NCBI GenBank assembly: GCA_964436165.1
Contig: CAYTBY010000003.1
Location: 1-62,533 of the forward strand
From: an uncultured Candidatus Saccharibacteria bacterium
GTDB lineage: Bacteria > Patescibacteriota > Minisyncoccia > 2-02-FULL-40-12 > GWA2-44-9
DNA: 62,533 bases
Direction: 5' to 3'
The notes under the pieces are model-generated. The model made no database searches and had not been told where the DNA came from. It was given only the letters and a program-made list of their open reading frames with translations. The translations under genes and the position numbers were made by a program. Positions 28,390 to 41,188 of this stretch are shown piece after piece (the stretch's first letter is position 1; each line of letters begins with the position of its first letter).

Positions 28390-28417
28390 GTGCGCATTCG
28401 TAGAGCGCTATTCGCAT
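28334..28417. repeat. Palindromic element overlapping the pyrH start
   Basis: Homologous to the reverse complement of 10955-11031. Confidence 0.75.
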
Positions 28418-28418
28418 A

Positions 28419-32165
<3,747 letters not shown>

Positions 32166-32265
32166 TTATTTTATCTAATATATTCTATCATTTTAGAACT
32201 TAAAAATCAAGTAGTTTTTTAGCCTAAAAAGGGCCGTTTTATGGCCATTTTTATCACTATCCACA

Positions 32266-33402
32266 CTATCTTAATTCCGCCCCGAATTGCCTAGCTGTTT
32301 CATTATAAATTTTCTTCTGAATCGGATCTATTTCTTCGGTGGTAAGGGTCCTCTCGTTTGAGCGATAAATTATGCGGTATGTGTAACTTATTTTGTCTTT
32401 GCCAAATTTTTCTTCATTCTCGTATTTATCAAACGATTCAACCTGCTCGACTAAATCTCCTCCCAAATCACGGATTAAATCAAAATAATTATTAGGCACA
32501 AAGCTTTTATCCACCACAAAAGAAATGTCTCTAGTAATCGGCGGGAATTTAGAAACTTCTTTAAATTTATTCCCCAACTTTAATTGCTTCTTTACCCGTT
32601 CATTCTGAGACCAAAGTAAACGAATATCGGGCAACTCCATGCTAATTATCGCCAACCGCTCCAAACCGAAACCAAAGGCCCAGCCGTTATATTCATTGGG
32701 GTCAACCCCGAGCTTCTCCAACACACTTCCTCGGACAACCCCACTGCCAAGAACTTCAATCCATTTTCCGTTAATCTCTATCTCCATCTCGCAGCTTGGA
32801 TCGGTATATGGAAATTGATCAACATTAAACCGATATTTAATATTCTTGCCGAATATAGCCTGGGCTATTTCAGTTAAAACCTCTTTCAAATCATCAAGGC
32901 CAATTATTTTTTCTGCCTTACGGCACAAGTACCAGCCGTCCATCTGGTGAAAAACGTTCATGTGGTTCCGATCTATCTCGTCTTTACGATAAACTTTTCC
33001 ATAACTCAGAGCCCCGATGCCTTTTCCTTTTTCAATTTTGCTTTTTACTTCTGCTTGTTGCAGATGATAATACCACATTACCGTAGTATGGGTGCGTAAA
33101 ATATGATTATCGTCCAGATAGTAAGTATCTGATTTTGAACGGGCCGGATGATCAGGAGGAAAGTTAAATAAATCGAAACTAATATCAGCTTTTACAATTT
33201 CCGGAACTTCCATAACATCAAAGTCCGCGAACCTTTTAATTTTAAGTATCCTCTCGGCAAGCTCATTAATCGGACTACCTGAAGTCCTGGAAAGATCGGA
33301 CATGCTCAAAAAACGTTTTATTCTTTCGCTCTCAGCATCACTCTTTTTCTTAAGAGTCTCTAGCACATAAGCTCCCTCGTCGTTTTTAGCTTTAATAATC
33401 AT
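32266..33402 (-). CDS. Single-chain phenylalanyl-tRNA synthetase (catalytic core plus C-terminal FDX-ACB anticodon domain)
   Basis: DHPAR...DTYY, GKVYRKD, FPYTDPS and GFGLERLA motifs, then PPITRDISF...YRSNERTLT. Confidence 0.9.
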   Translation of the reverse strand: MIIKAKNDEGAYVLETLKKKSDAESERIKRFLSMSDLSRTSGSPINELAERILKIKRFADFDVMEVPEIVKADISFDLFNFPPDHPARSKSDTYYLDDNHILRTHTTVMWYYHLQQAEVKSKIEKGKGIGALSYGKVYRKDEIDRNHMNVFHQMDGWYLCRKAEKIIGLDDLKEVLTEIAQAIFGKNIKYRFNVDQFPYTDPSCEMEIEINGKWIEVLGSGVVRGSVLEKLGVDPNEYNGWAFGFGLERLAIISMELPDIRLLWSQNERVKKQLKLGNKFKEVSKFPPITRDISFVVDKSFVPNNYFDLIRDLGGDLVEQVESFDKYENEEKFGKDKISYTYRIIYRSNERTLTTEEIDPIQKKIYNETARQFGAELR

Positions 33403-33769
33403 GGGAATCTGTCACGGTTAATTTTGCTTTCTTGTATATCCACAGCTCAATGAGCATCGTAACTACCGCCGCTGCAAAACCAGTATACCAGTACAAAATA
33501 CCATGTTTTCTAAGAAGAACGAGGGCTAAAATAAATAGAGCCAGAAAGAATCCCCGCCTTAAGGAATCTGCCGGTCTATCATTTGAAAAAATATTAAGCA
33601 TAAAAAATACTATCGCTCCACAACCCCAGATAAAAGCCGTCAAAGAGGCAAAGAATAAAGTTTTAATAAAACTGTCAGATTTGAACGGATCAAAATTAAT
33701 GGCCAAAATGGCCAGACTGATTGCCGCTAAAATTGTTATGGGCATAAAGCCGAAGACAAGCTTACGCAT
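33392..33769 (-). CDS. Hypothetical membrane protein
   Basis: Four hydrophobic segments. Confidence 0.7.
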   Translation of the reverse strand: MRKLVFGFMPITILAAISLAILAINFDPFKSDSFIKTLFFASLTAFIWGCGAIVFFMLNIFSNDRPADSLRRGFFLALFILALVLLRKHGILYWYTGFAAAVVTMLIELWIYKKAKLTVTDSHDY

Positions 33770-33785
33770 TGATCTTATATTGATC

Positions 33786-34313
33786 TTATTGGGCTATTTT
33801 AACTGATTGGGGCGCTTCCATTTCTTTATGGTGCAGACTATATATTGTTGATTTCACCTTATTCGGTCCCGGCACATCGCGAATGATAAATTCCCTGGCT
33901 TCAGCCGCCGTCTGTATTCTTAAAGTTCCGTAATCAATAAAGGTCGCCAATATGCCGCTGACACTCACGGTTATATCTTCAATATTCTCAACCCTGACCG
34001 TTGAGACCTCTCGACTGAAAAAACCTTTTTGCTCAATGTCAATTATTCTCTTATTCGTTACAATCAAAACATCCAAGTAATAGTTGGTCCAAATTATGAA
34101 AAATATCATCCAAGCAATCAGCAACATCCCGGAATAAACACTGAGAAACAATGCCGTATCATTCCCGCTAATAGAGATTACCTGTTCGCTTACAAAAAAT
34201 AATAAAGGCGGGAGAATGATAAAAAATACCAGAAAAAATGTCTCAAAAACCAAAACTAACTTATGGCGGCGTACTTTTAAAACTATTTTTTCATCTGAAG
34301 TAAGGTCTAACAT
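33786..34313 (-). CDS. Bacterial PH-domain membrane protein
   Basis: Two transmembrane segments, then VTNKRIIDIEQKGFF...YGTLRIQTA. Confidence 0.75.
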   Translation of the reverse strand: MLDLTSDEKIVLKVRRHKLVLVFETFFLVFFIILPPLLFFVSEQVISISGNDTALFLSVYSGMLLIAWMIFFIIWTNYYLDVLIVTNKRIIDIEQKGFFSREVSTVRVENIEDITVSVSGILATFIDYGTLRIQTAAEAREFIIRDVPGPNKVKSTIYSLHHKEMEAPQSVKIAQ

Positions 34314-34373
34314 AAAAACTTAAAATGTAAATTTAAAAATGTAAAATGACCCATTTGATTTTTAAATTTTACA

Positions 34374-34658
34374 TCAGATTGAAGCAAGGTACACTACTAA
34401 CGACAAAACCATTGTTCCCAATAACACTCCGGAAACCAGGAAATAAACCAGCGACGCTTTAACCATAACCAGTGTCTCAATTCCAAACTTCTTCCAGTGA
34501 TAAGATAAAATAAAACTTAGAACTACAAAAAATATGCCCAATAAGCCTGCGGCCACCCAGGCCCAGTTCGGACTTAAATCAAAAAACTGGCTGACAAAAT
34601 TCAAAACCGAAAATTGATTAAAATTTGTTTGGGATTGAATTATCGGGAGTTGAAGCAT
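34374..34658 (-). CDS. Hypothetical membrane protein
   Basis: Two hydrophobic segments. Confidence 0.65.
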   Translation of the reverse strand: MLQLPIIQSQTNFNQFSVLNFVSQFFDLSPNWAWVAAGLLGIFFVVLSFILSYHWKKFGIETLVMVKASLVYFLVSGVLLGTMVLSLVVYLASI

Positions 34659-34665
34659 GTTTCTG

Positions 34666-34739
34666 CGGACCGGACGGGACTCGAACCCGCAACCTCGCCC
34701 GTGACAGGGGCGCTATCTAACCAATTGATATACCGGTCC
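34666..34739 (-). tRNA. tRNA-Asp(GUC), CCA not encoded
   Basis: GGACCGG acceptor stem, CGCCC-CTGTCAC-GGGCG anticodon arm, GCGGG-TTCGAGT-CCCGT T arm. Confidence 0.97.
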
Positions 34740-34861
34740 AGTTGATAACTTACAAATTCTAACACAATTTTGACAAAATTAAAACCCCGCACCAATTTTT
34801 CCGCTGGCCACCACAAGGGGGCGGAATTGGTGCGGGGCAAGGCCCCTCAGCGAACAAGGGA

Positions 34862-36322
34862 CTATCTGTCCCAAGATTCTCTCTTGGCTGATTCTGAAAG
34901 TTTAATAAGGTAATCCATCGGGTGATTCATAAATTTTTCTTTAGCTTCCTGAAGCGACTTTACTCCCATGTAGCTAATTGCTGAAGCTAAGTGGCCCATC
35001 ATATCATGCATTATCGGGCCGACTGGCCCCATATATTTAACTTCAATTTCCTTTCCTTCCGGACTAATCCTGGCTGATGTTTCAAACGGGTCATCAACCG
35101 ATTCGGCTCTAAACTTTTCTCTCATCGCTTCCCGAGATGCCATACCTCTATATATTTTAACTATATTTCCGCCCCCCTTATCAATGGACTTGCCCGGAGT
35201 TTCGTCTGTCCCGGCGTAACGTCCGCCTATCATAACCGAATCACCGCCAAGAAGCAGAGCCATTACAATATGCCCATCTCTTCGGATGCCGCCATCAGCT
35301 ATAAGAGGTACCTTAGCAACCCGCCAACACCGATAAATAGACTCTGCCTGCGGTGGAGCAATACCGGTGTAATATCTAGTCATACAAACCGAACCAGGGC
35401 CAATCCCTACCTTTATACCGTTAGCACCCCTACTCTGAAGCTCTTCTACGGCTTCTGGAGTTGCGACATTACCTATAACAAGTTCCACGTCGGGAAACTT
35501 ATTTCTGCAAGCGGTCAAAGCCTCTATTCCATTTTCTGAGTGGCCATGGGCGATATCAATTACTAGGACGTCAGCTCCAGCTCTCAAAAGTTCTTCTGCC
35601 CGCTCCAAATAATCACCGGTAACGCCAATAGCCGCGCCGACTATCAGCTGACCGTTCTTGTCTTTATTGGCCAACGGATATTTTTCAAAGTTATCCAAAT
35701 CAAACGAGGTAATGAGGCCTTTTAACTTAAAATCTTCATCCACGATAGGAAGCTTTTCGATCCTGTTCTCATCCATTAACTTTCGCGCGTTAGCCGGGGA
35801 AATTTCCGAAACTAACGCCGTAATTATTTCGGGAGCTCTTGTCATCCTGTCTTTTACCAAACAAACTTCGGAACAATATTTAACATCTCTGCTGGTTAAA
35901 ATACCGGCCAGCCTGCCGATATCGTCAACAATGACCAAACCGCTAATTTTATTTTTCTCCATGATCATTCTGGCTTCACCAATAGTCGCCTCTTGAGAAA
36001 TACTATACGGTTGAGGAATGATATAGTTCTCCTCTCTTTTAACTTCCTCGACTTTTTCGTATTGATCCGAGATTGTCATAAAACGTTCAATAATCCCGAT
36101 CCCGCCCTCTTTAGCGTGCTTGATCGCCATTCTTGCTCTTGTAATTGTTTCCATATTAGCCGACGCCAACGGAATATTAAGGGGAATATTTGTCGAAAAT
36201 TTTGTGTTTAGGCTAATTTCTTTTCTTGATCTGACAACGCCTTTTTTAGGCAATACGCCAAAGTCGTCAAACGTACAGCCCCACAATATTTTGCTAAGCC
36301 AATCATGCTCCAAAGCTCTCAT
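34862..36322 (-). CDS. CBS-containing IMP dehydrogenase/GMP reductase-family protein
   Basis: TFDD, CBS pair, DIAHGHS, GIGPGSVC and ADGGI motifs; the flap lacks Arg-Tyr; start placed at MRALEH. Confidence 0.88.
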   Translation of the reverse strand: MRALEHDWLSKILWGCTFDDFGVLPKKGVVRSRKEISLNTKFSTNIPLNIPLASANMETITRARMAIKHAKEGGIGIIERFMTISDQYEKVEEVKREENYIIPQPYSISQEATIGEARMIMEKNKISGLVIVDDIGRLAGILTSRDVKYCSEVCLVKDRMTRAPEIITALVSEISPANARKLMDENRIEKLPIVDEDFKLKGLITSFDLDNFEKYPLANKDKNGQLIVGAAIGVTGDYLERAEELLRAGADVLVIDIAHGHSENGIEALTACRNKFPDVELVIGNVATPEAVEELQSRGANGIKVGIGPGSVCMTRYYTGIAPPQAESIYRCWRVAKVPLIADGGIRRDGHIVMALLLGGDSVMIGGRYAGTDETPGKSIDKGGGNIVKIYRGMASREAMREKFRAESVDDPFETSARISPEGKEIEVKYMGPVGPIMHDMMGHLASAISYMGVKSLQEAKEKFMNHPMDYLIKLSESAKRESWDR

Positions 36323-36444
36323 CGCCCATCCTTTGAATTTTAAAAGTTCACTTAGATAGTAATAACAGAAAATAAAAATCCCGCCAAGCGGCCGGATTAA
36401 TCTTTGTCCGGTTCGGAACTTGCCCCGCACTTAATAAGGATTTT

Positions 36445-36930
36445 TTATTCTTCACTATCCTCATTAAGTGCGGGATGCCAATAAATTTTTTCTATTTTTC
36501 TCGTATCGTTATATGTATAGTGATGCTTACGTGGAGAACCAACTGACGAATCATTGCTTATTGCCATATCATTACCAACGTAAAAACCCATATGAGGTTC
36601 TCCGTTTAAGACCTCCCACATCAACACAGCCCCAACAACTGGCTTCTCAATCTCGTACCAACCGTGGTCAACCATATCCTTTTCGGTGCTTGTACAATTT
36701 GCGTGAGTAAATTCTATCCAACACTTTTTTCCGGAAAACTCCAGCAATGAATTGAACAAATAAAGTAGGGAAGAAGCAAATACAGCACATGACAAACCGC
36801 CATCAGCTAGTATATCTCTCGATTTTCCGTTTTCCTCCATATACAGATTCCGGAACATCCAATTCTCCCCCTTGGCGGCGTTTTCGATCATGGCTAAATA
36901 GTTTTTCTTATTTAGTAATTTAGTAACCAT
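36445..36930 (-). CDS. Hypothetical protein, possible NlpC/P60-like papain-fold amidase
   Basis: LSCAVF and HMGFYVG resemble the Cys/His catalytic motifs. Confidence 0.45.
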   Translation of the reverse strand: MVTKLLNKKNYLAMIENAAKGENWMFRNLYMEENGKSRDILADGGLSCAVFASSLLYLFNSLLEFSGKKCWIEFTHANCTSTEKDMVDHGWYEIEKPVVGAVLMWEVLNGEPHMGFYVGNDMAISNDSSVGSPRKHHYTYNDTRKIEKIYWHPALNEDSEE

Positions 36931-36950
36931 TTAATTTAAAAATATCAAAA

Positions 36951-36985
36951 ACATGGGCATCTTGCAATTTACAAGATGCCCATGT
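36951..36985. terminator. Putative intrinsic terminator
   Basis: 14-bp stem ACATGGGCATCTTG/CAAGATGCCCATGT. Confidence 0.5.
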
Positions 36986-37008
36986 AATTTATGTAATTTA
37001 GGGGCTTG

Positions 37009-37056
37009 CCCCGTTAGAAGTAGGCCATCCGAAGATGGCCGTAACTTCTAACGGGG
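37009..37056. repeat. CCCCGTTAGAAG...CTTCTAACGGGG palindromic element
   Basis: Same termini as the smpB insertion; contains the stop codon of the 37048 ORF. Confidence 0.8.
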
Positions 37057-38061
37057 AGCTACTTCCCGCCAGCGAGGGATTGCTCTTTGAGGACCGACGG
37101 TTTTAATTATTTCGCAATAACCGCCGTTGGGCGTTGAGGCATCATCGGCGACTCTAAGCGTAACCAGGTAAGAGCCCAGGACCGGAAATGTAATGATCGG
37201 ATTTTGAGGCGTAGCCGGAGGAGTTGTCGTGTCAATCGTCGCGGCCGGACTAACAAGCCAAGTCCATTGCCGGCTAAAGCTACCTAGAGCAAAAAATGTT
37301 CTGTCGGTAAATTGAGTCGGCACACCGGCGGCAGGATTACAAGGATTCCAGGTAAAATCATTTCCCGCCGGCGGATTGCAAGGTGGCTGATCATTAGGCG
37401 AAGTAGCTTTTCTGGGATCTGGATATTGGTGAATGGGAGTTCTCCAGTTATCCACTGACACGGCTGGATTAGATCCATTGATGTATGTCCCCATTCTAGT
37501 CCAAGCCGACCAGATATTGCCGCTGTTTCGAACCCGAGCCCAAGCCGTATAAAATGTATTCCAGATCATTTGGCAGTTATTTTGAGGAATGTTGTCCGGA
37601 TTACTGACGCTTTCCACAGAACAGTTAGGAGTGGCGGCAAAAAACGGATTACCGCTAGGAATCGAGATGCCGGTAGTATAGGCTTGCTGCCACTCCGGAT
37701 CTACAATAGCAACATTGGGATCAGCGGCTAAATCGTCATCGATCAAAACTTCATAACCATTAGCGTTAGTAGCGGAGGGATCAGTATAAACAGCTTGGAC
37801 GGTGGCATGAACACCGGCTGTACAATAATTGGAGTTAGTTACAGTTACCGTCGTATTTGATGCTGACGGTGACGGTAGAGAATCAACGAATTTTACAATA
37901 TAGCCGACATTGCCTTGGCCGACAATCGGTCCAACCGCGGCTCCGGCCCTAAAAATGTCGAAATTAAAATTAAAGAGAAATAAGAGAATAATCGCCAACA
38001 AAAATGTCGTCGTTAATCTGGGTGACAGTATTCCATTGTTTCCATTGTTGTTGACTTGCAT
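37048..38061 (-). CDS. Secreted/surface protein with a PKD-like C-terminal domain
   Basis: N-terminal hydrophobic segment; Pro/Thr/Cys-rich; GSYLVTLRVAD. Confidence 0.7.
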   Translation of the reverse strand: MQVNNNGNNGILSPRLTTTFLLAIILLFLFNFNFDIFRAGAAVGPIVGQGNVGYIVKFVDSLPSPSASNTTVTVTNSNYCTAGVHATVQAVYTDPSATNANGYEVLIDDDLAADPNVAIVDPEWQQAYTTGISIPSGNPFFAATPNCSVESVSNPDNIPQNNCQMIWNTFYTAWARVRNSGNIWSAWTRMGTYINGSNPAVSVDNWRTPIHQYPDPRKATSPNDQPPCNPPAGNDFTWNPCNPAAGVPTQFTDRTFFALGSFSRQWTWLVSPAATIDTTTPPATPQNPIITFPVLGSYLVTLRVADDASTPNGGYCEIIKTVGPQRAIPRWREVAPR

Positions 38062-38063
38062 TG

Positions 38064-38534
38064 TTATTTTTTATCGTCAAGAGCCGCGGCGTCTTTTGAA
38101 ACAAGCGACGCGGAACGCCAATAAATCTCGGTATAATCTTTAGCAAGCCGGCGAAAATCAATAGCTTGACTGGTTACTTTCAACATAAATTCAAGCCAAA
38201 GCCGCCGATCTTTGATTACAAGAGGAATCCCCCGGATAGCGGTATCGGCCAACATGGCCGAAATTCGGTTAAGCACGACAACATCAATATTGTCAACGTT
38301 TAGAATATCAACACAATCTCCCCTAACCCGCTTCTCTTGCGGATAATCACGATCCTTTTCTATCTCTACCCTGCCATCCAGCGGTTTAAAATAAACGGCT
38401 ATGTCCCAATCTGATCCTTGGTGGGCGCGGTTATTGCTTCTTGACCCGAACAAAAAAGCCATTACCACATCGTCGCAATTTTTAAAGTATTCCGTGAGTT
38501 GCTTTATTTTGTTGGTATCTGACTCTTTACGCAT
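38064..38534 (-). CDS. Minimal nucleotidyltransferase (MntA-like), no HEPN partner in view
   Basis: FLFGSR...SDWDIAVY...IDVVVL motifs. Confidence 0.8.
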   Translation of the reverse strand: MRKESDTNKIKQLTEYFKNCDDVVMAFLFGSRSNNRAHQGSDWDIAVYFKPLDGRVEIEKDRDYPQEKRVRGDCVDILNVDNIDVVVLNRISAMLADTAIRGIPLVIKDRRLWLEFMLKVTSQAIDFRRLAKDYTEIYWRSASLVSKDAAALDDKK

Positions 38535-38621
38535 ATCAAAATATTAGCATAAAAATCCTACAAAATAAAGCTTTTTCTAGCTCTTAGTTCCTGACAATTT
38601 CTAATTACTAGTTACTGACTA

Positions 38622-39704
38622 CTACCTCATCCACATCATGCCATTTACCGGACTTGGAGGATCGGTCGGAAGGGGAGTGAGCATCATTGCACCGTTGACA
38701 TGGAGAGGTGCTTCAGGGCTAGTCGTCCCAATACCAACGTTACCAGCTGAGAATGTCATGACATTCGTAAGAGTACCCGCCACCATCTCGCGGATGCTGA
38801 CCCTACCATCTTCGCTACCGTCAGTATTGTCTATGATATTACTCGAGAACCCCCCATAATACGTCGGATTATTGGCCGAATCCAAGGCCTGGATTAGAAA
38901 ACCTGTGCCGGTATTAACGGCGTTATTCATATTACTCAAGGTCAGTTTACTTGAAATACCTGCAGTGGGCGGATTGGCCGCGATATCCAGTGTATTAGAC
39001 GGCGCCACTGTCCCGATGCCGACATTACCGCCTTCAGGTTGTAAAATCAGATTAGTTGGCCCCACCCCAATTTCTCGCGAATAAATAAAGCCGTAGTTGT
39101 CAGTATTATCCGATCCCAGAGTAAGCCCCCTATTTGGATTTGTGACACCCCTTATGACAATCTGACCGGTATCGTGAAAATTACTAGGGGGATTAAAATC
39201 TTGAGCCACTGTTAATCTATACGATGGATTTGTCGTCCCAATCCCAACGTTACCAGTATCCATAAAGGTTACTCGCGGAACCCATGCGTTTGCGATAACA
39301 GTACCGAAATTTAGTCTCCAGCCCGTACTATCACCCCAGTAAATTTGTCCGGCGTCGGGACTTGCCCCCGATGCACCAATGGCAATGCCATTAAGCGGGT
39401 TTAGGCCGGTTGTTTTGTAACCGCCTACAATAGTTAACTTGTTTTCCGGCGATGATGTCCCAATGCCAATATTTGTACCGGTATCATAGATTATAGAGTT
39501 GCCGATTGTATTAGAAGGATCTCCTGGTGCGGCTCCGACAAAGCGAGCAAGATAATCAACCCCGCCCTCGCCAGTAATATCACCGATAGCGGCCAAAACG
39601 CTTTGGATAAGTCCCTGACCGGGCAAGCCCAAAACATTAATCAATAAAATGACCATCAATATAGATAAGATAATATTTACATAAAAAACAGGGTCTTTTC
39701 TCAT
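38622..39704 (-). CDS. Surface fibre-like protein with G(N)(V/I)GIGT repeats
   Basis: N-terminal transmembrane segment; four (G/T)N(V/I)GIGTxxP repeats. Confidence 0.75.
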   Translation of the reverse strand: MRKDPVFYVNIILSILMVILLINVLGLPGQGLIQSVLAAIGDITGEGGVDYLARFVGAAPGDPSNTIGNSIIYDTGTNIGIGTSSPENKLTIVGGYKTTGLNPLNGIAIGASGASPDAGQIYWGDSTGWRLNFGTVIANAWVPRVTFMDTGNVGIGTTNPSYRLTVAQDFNPPSNFHDTGQIVIRGVTNPNRGLTLGSDNTDNYGFIYSREIGVGPTNLILQPEGGNVGIGTVAPSNTLDIAANPPTAGISSKLTLSNMNNAVNTGTGFLIQALDSANNPTYYGGFSSNIIDNTDGSEDGRVSIREMVAGTLTNVMTFSAGNVGIGTTSPEAPLHVNGAMMLTPLPTDPPSPVNGMMWMR

Positions 39705-39724
39705 ACGCTAATTATATTACTTTT

Positions 39725-39991
39725 TTACTTCGTTGTTAAACACTTGATGTTCACAAGTTGGACTTCTTTATTTGTCGCTTTATTAAAGACGGGCGTTGGC
39801 TCGCAGTTGGCACTTTCAACTGACCGAATAAGTTCATTCACCGTATCCGTTATGCCCTGCCGATAAGCCCGAACTACCAGATTGTCTCTGATCCTCCTAA
39901 AAACGCTCCAACCTATATAGGCAAAGGAGAAAATAAGCCAGATGACAAGCAGTGTTTTCAGAACGATTTTCTTTGATAAAAAATTAGTCAA
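39725..39991 (-). CDS. Small membrane-anchored protein
   Basis: One transmembrane segment; two C-terminal cysteines. Confidence 0.65.
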   Translation of the reverse strand: MTNFLSKKIVLKTLLVIWLIFSFAYIGWSVFRRIRDNLVVRAYRQGITDTVNELIRSVESANCEPTPVFNKATNKEVQLVNIKCLTTK

Positions 39992-40000
39992 TGATATGAA

Positions 40001-41188
40001 TTAGGGTATAATGCACAATCGCTTTTCTTCTAAACTAACTGCCCCTTGTATTATCACTCGCATTTTGGAAGCATTAGAATCAGTCGGATCAACCAAAACC
40101 GCGGTATGATAACCAGTACCAATAGAGGTACTTTTGTATAGCCTCAGCTGGGAACTCAAAGCATTTGCCGGATAGACGGCTATCTTACAAATTCCGCCCC
40201 AACATAATGGATTACCGCTTTCGAAAAGCCTCAAGCCAATATCTATACCGCTACTACAGGCTCCTCCACCGCAGTTATTTATAGTACAGCTGGTACTGCA
40301 GTAAGCATTACATGCGCCGTTGAGCCCCACCCCATCATCACACTCTTCACTGGGTTGATTAATCGAACCGTCACCGCAAAATCCACCACCGCCGGAGCTT
40401 ACAACAACTGTAGCCGAGTCCAGTATACTACCGGTTGAATCGTCCCTAAACTGATAAGTATAGCTTCCGGCAGAAAGGTTGTTGTCGAGTTGGGTTCCAG
40501 CAGAACAGTTGGGTTGAAGATTCGGCCACCGAGGTGAACCATTCAGGTAAATACTGCATGTGCTAACGTAGCTACTGTTATAATCAACAACAACATTGCA
40601 TGGCTCGACACAATTAGAAACATTAGTCCAGATATCGGCAATGGGGAAATTAACCCCGCACTCTTGATCACTTTGACACAGATCTGACCCGGCTCCGTAC
40701 TCTACTTGGCAAATATTAATGGAACAATAACTATGAGTATAGAAAACATTGACATAATCTATCTTGAGATAGATGGAAACAGTATCAGTTTGAAAACTGA
40801 ATAGATGAGCCCTATAAAAGCTGGGGCCACCGCCAAATGACATCGTTCCTAAATAAGATCCCCGTGCATTCCATGTGTCCGTTTGGCAAACCGAATTTGT
40901 TCCAGTGGGATCCAGCAAACAAAACGTAAAATAACCGCCACCCTCGGCTCCGCCGGCTAAGGAGTAGTCTCCGACCGCGCTTTCTATATACCCGGCAGAG
41001 GGACTAATCTCTGCGGCTATATCACAATACTCTCCAGGCGTATAAAACGGGCCACAACGATAAGTGCCCGTTGAGCCGGGCTGAGCTTGAGTACCGGCAT
41101 ATGCTTGATTAAAATAAAAACCGCCCAAAATCAGAGAAAATATTATCAAAAAAACAGTTTTATTTGACCGGTAGAGGAGGTGAGTCAT
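40001..41188 (-). CDS. Cysteine-rich secreted protein
   Basis: Signal-like N-terminus; CGDG...ECDDG cysteine-rich repeat motif. Confidence 0.7.
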   Translation of the reverse strand: MTHLLYRSNKTVFLIIFSLILGGFYFNQAYAGTQAQPGSTGTYRCGPFYTPGEYCDIAAEISPSAGYIESAVGDYSLAGGAEGGGYFTFCLLDPTGTNSVCQTDTWNARGSYLGTMSFGGGPSFYRAHLFSFQTDTVSIYLKIDYVNVFYTHSYCSINICQVEYGAGSDLCQSDQECGVNFPIADIWTNVSNCVEPCNVVVDYNSSYVSTCSIYLNGSPRWPNLQPNCSAGTQLDNNLSAGSYTYQFRDDSTGSILDSATVVVSSGGGGFCGDGSINQPSEECDDGVGLNGACNAYCSTSCTINNCGGGACSSGIDIGLRLFESGNPLCWGGICKIAVYPANALSSQLRLYKSTSIGTGYHTAVLVDPTDSNASKMRVIIQGAVSLEEKRLCIIP

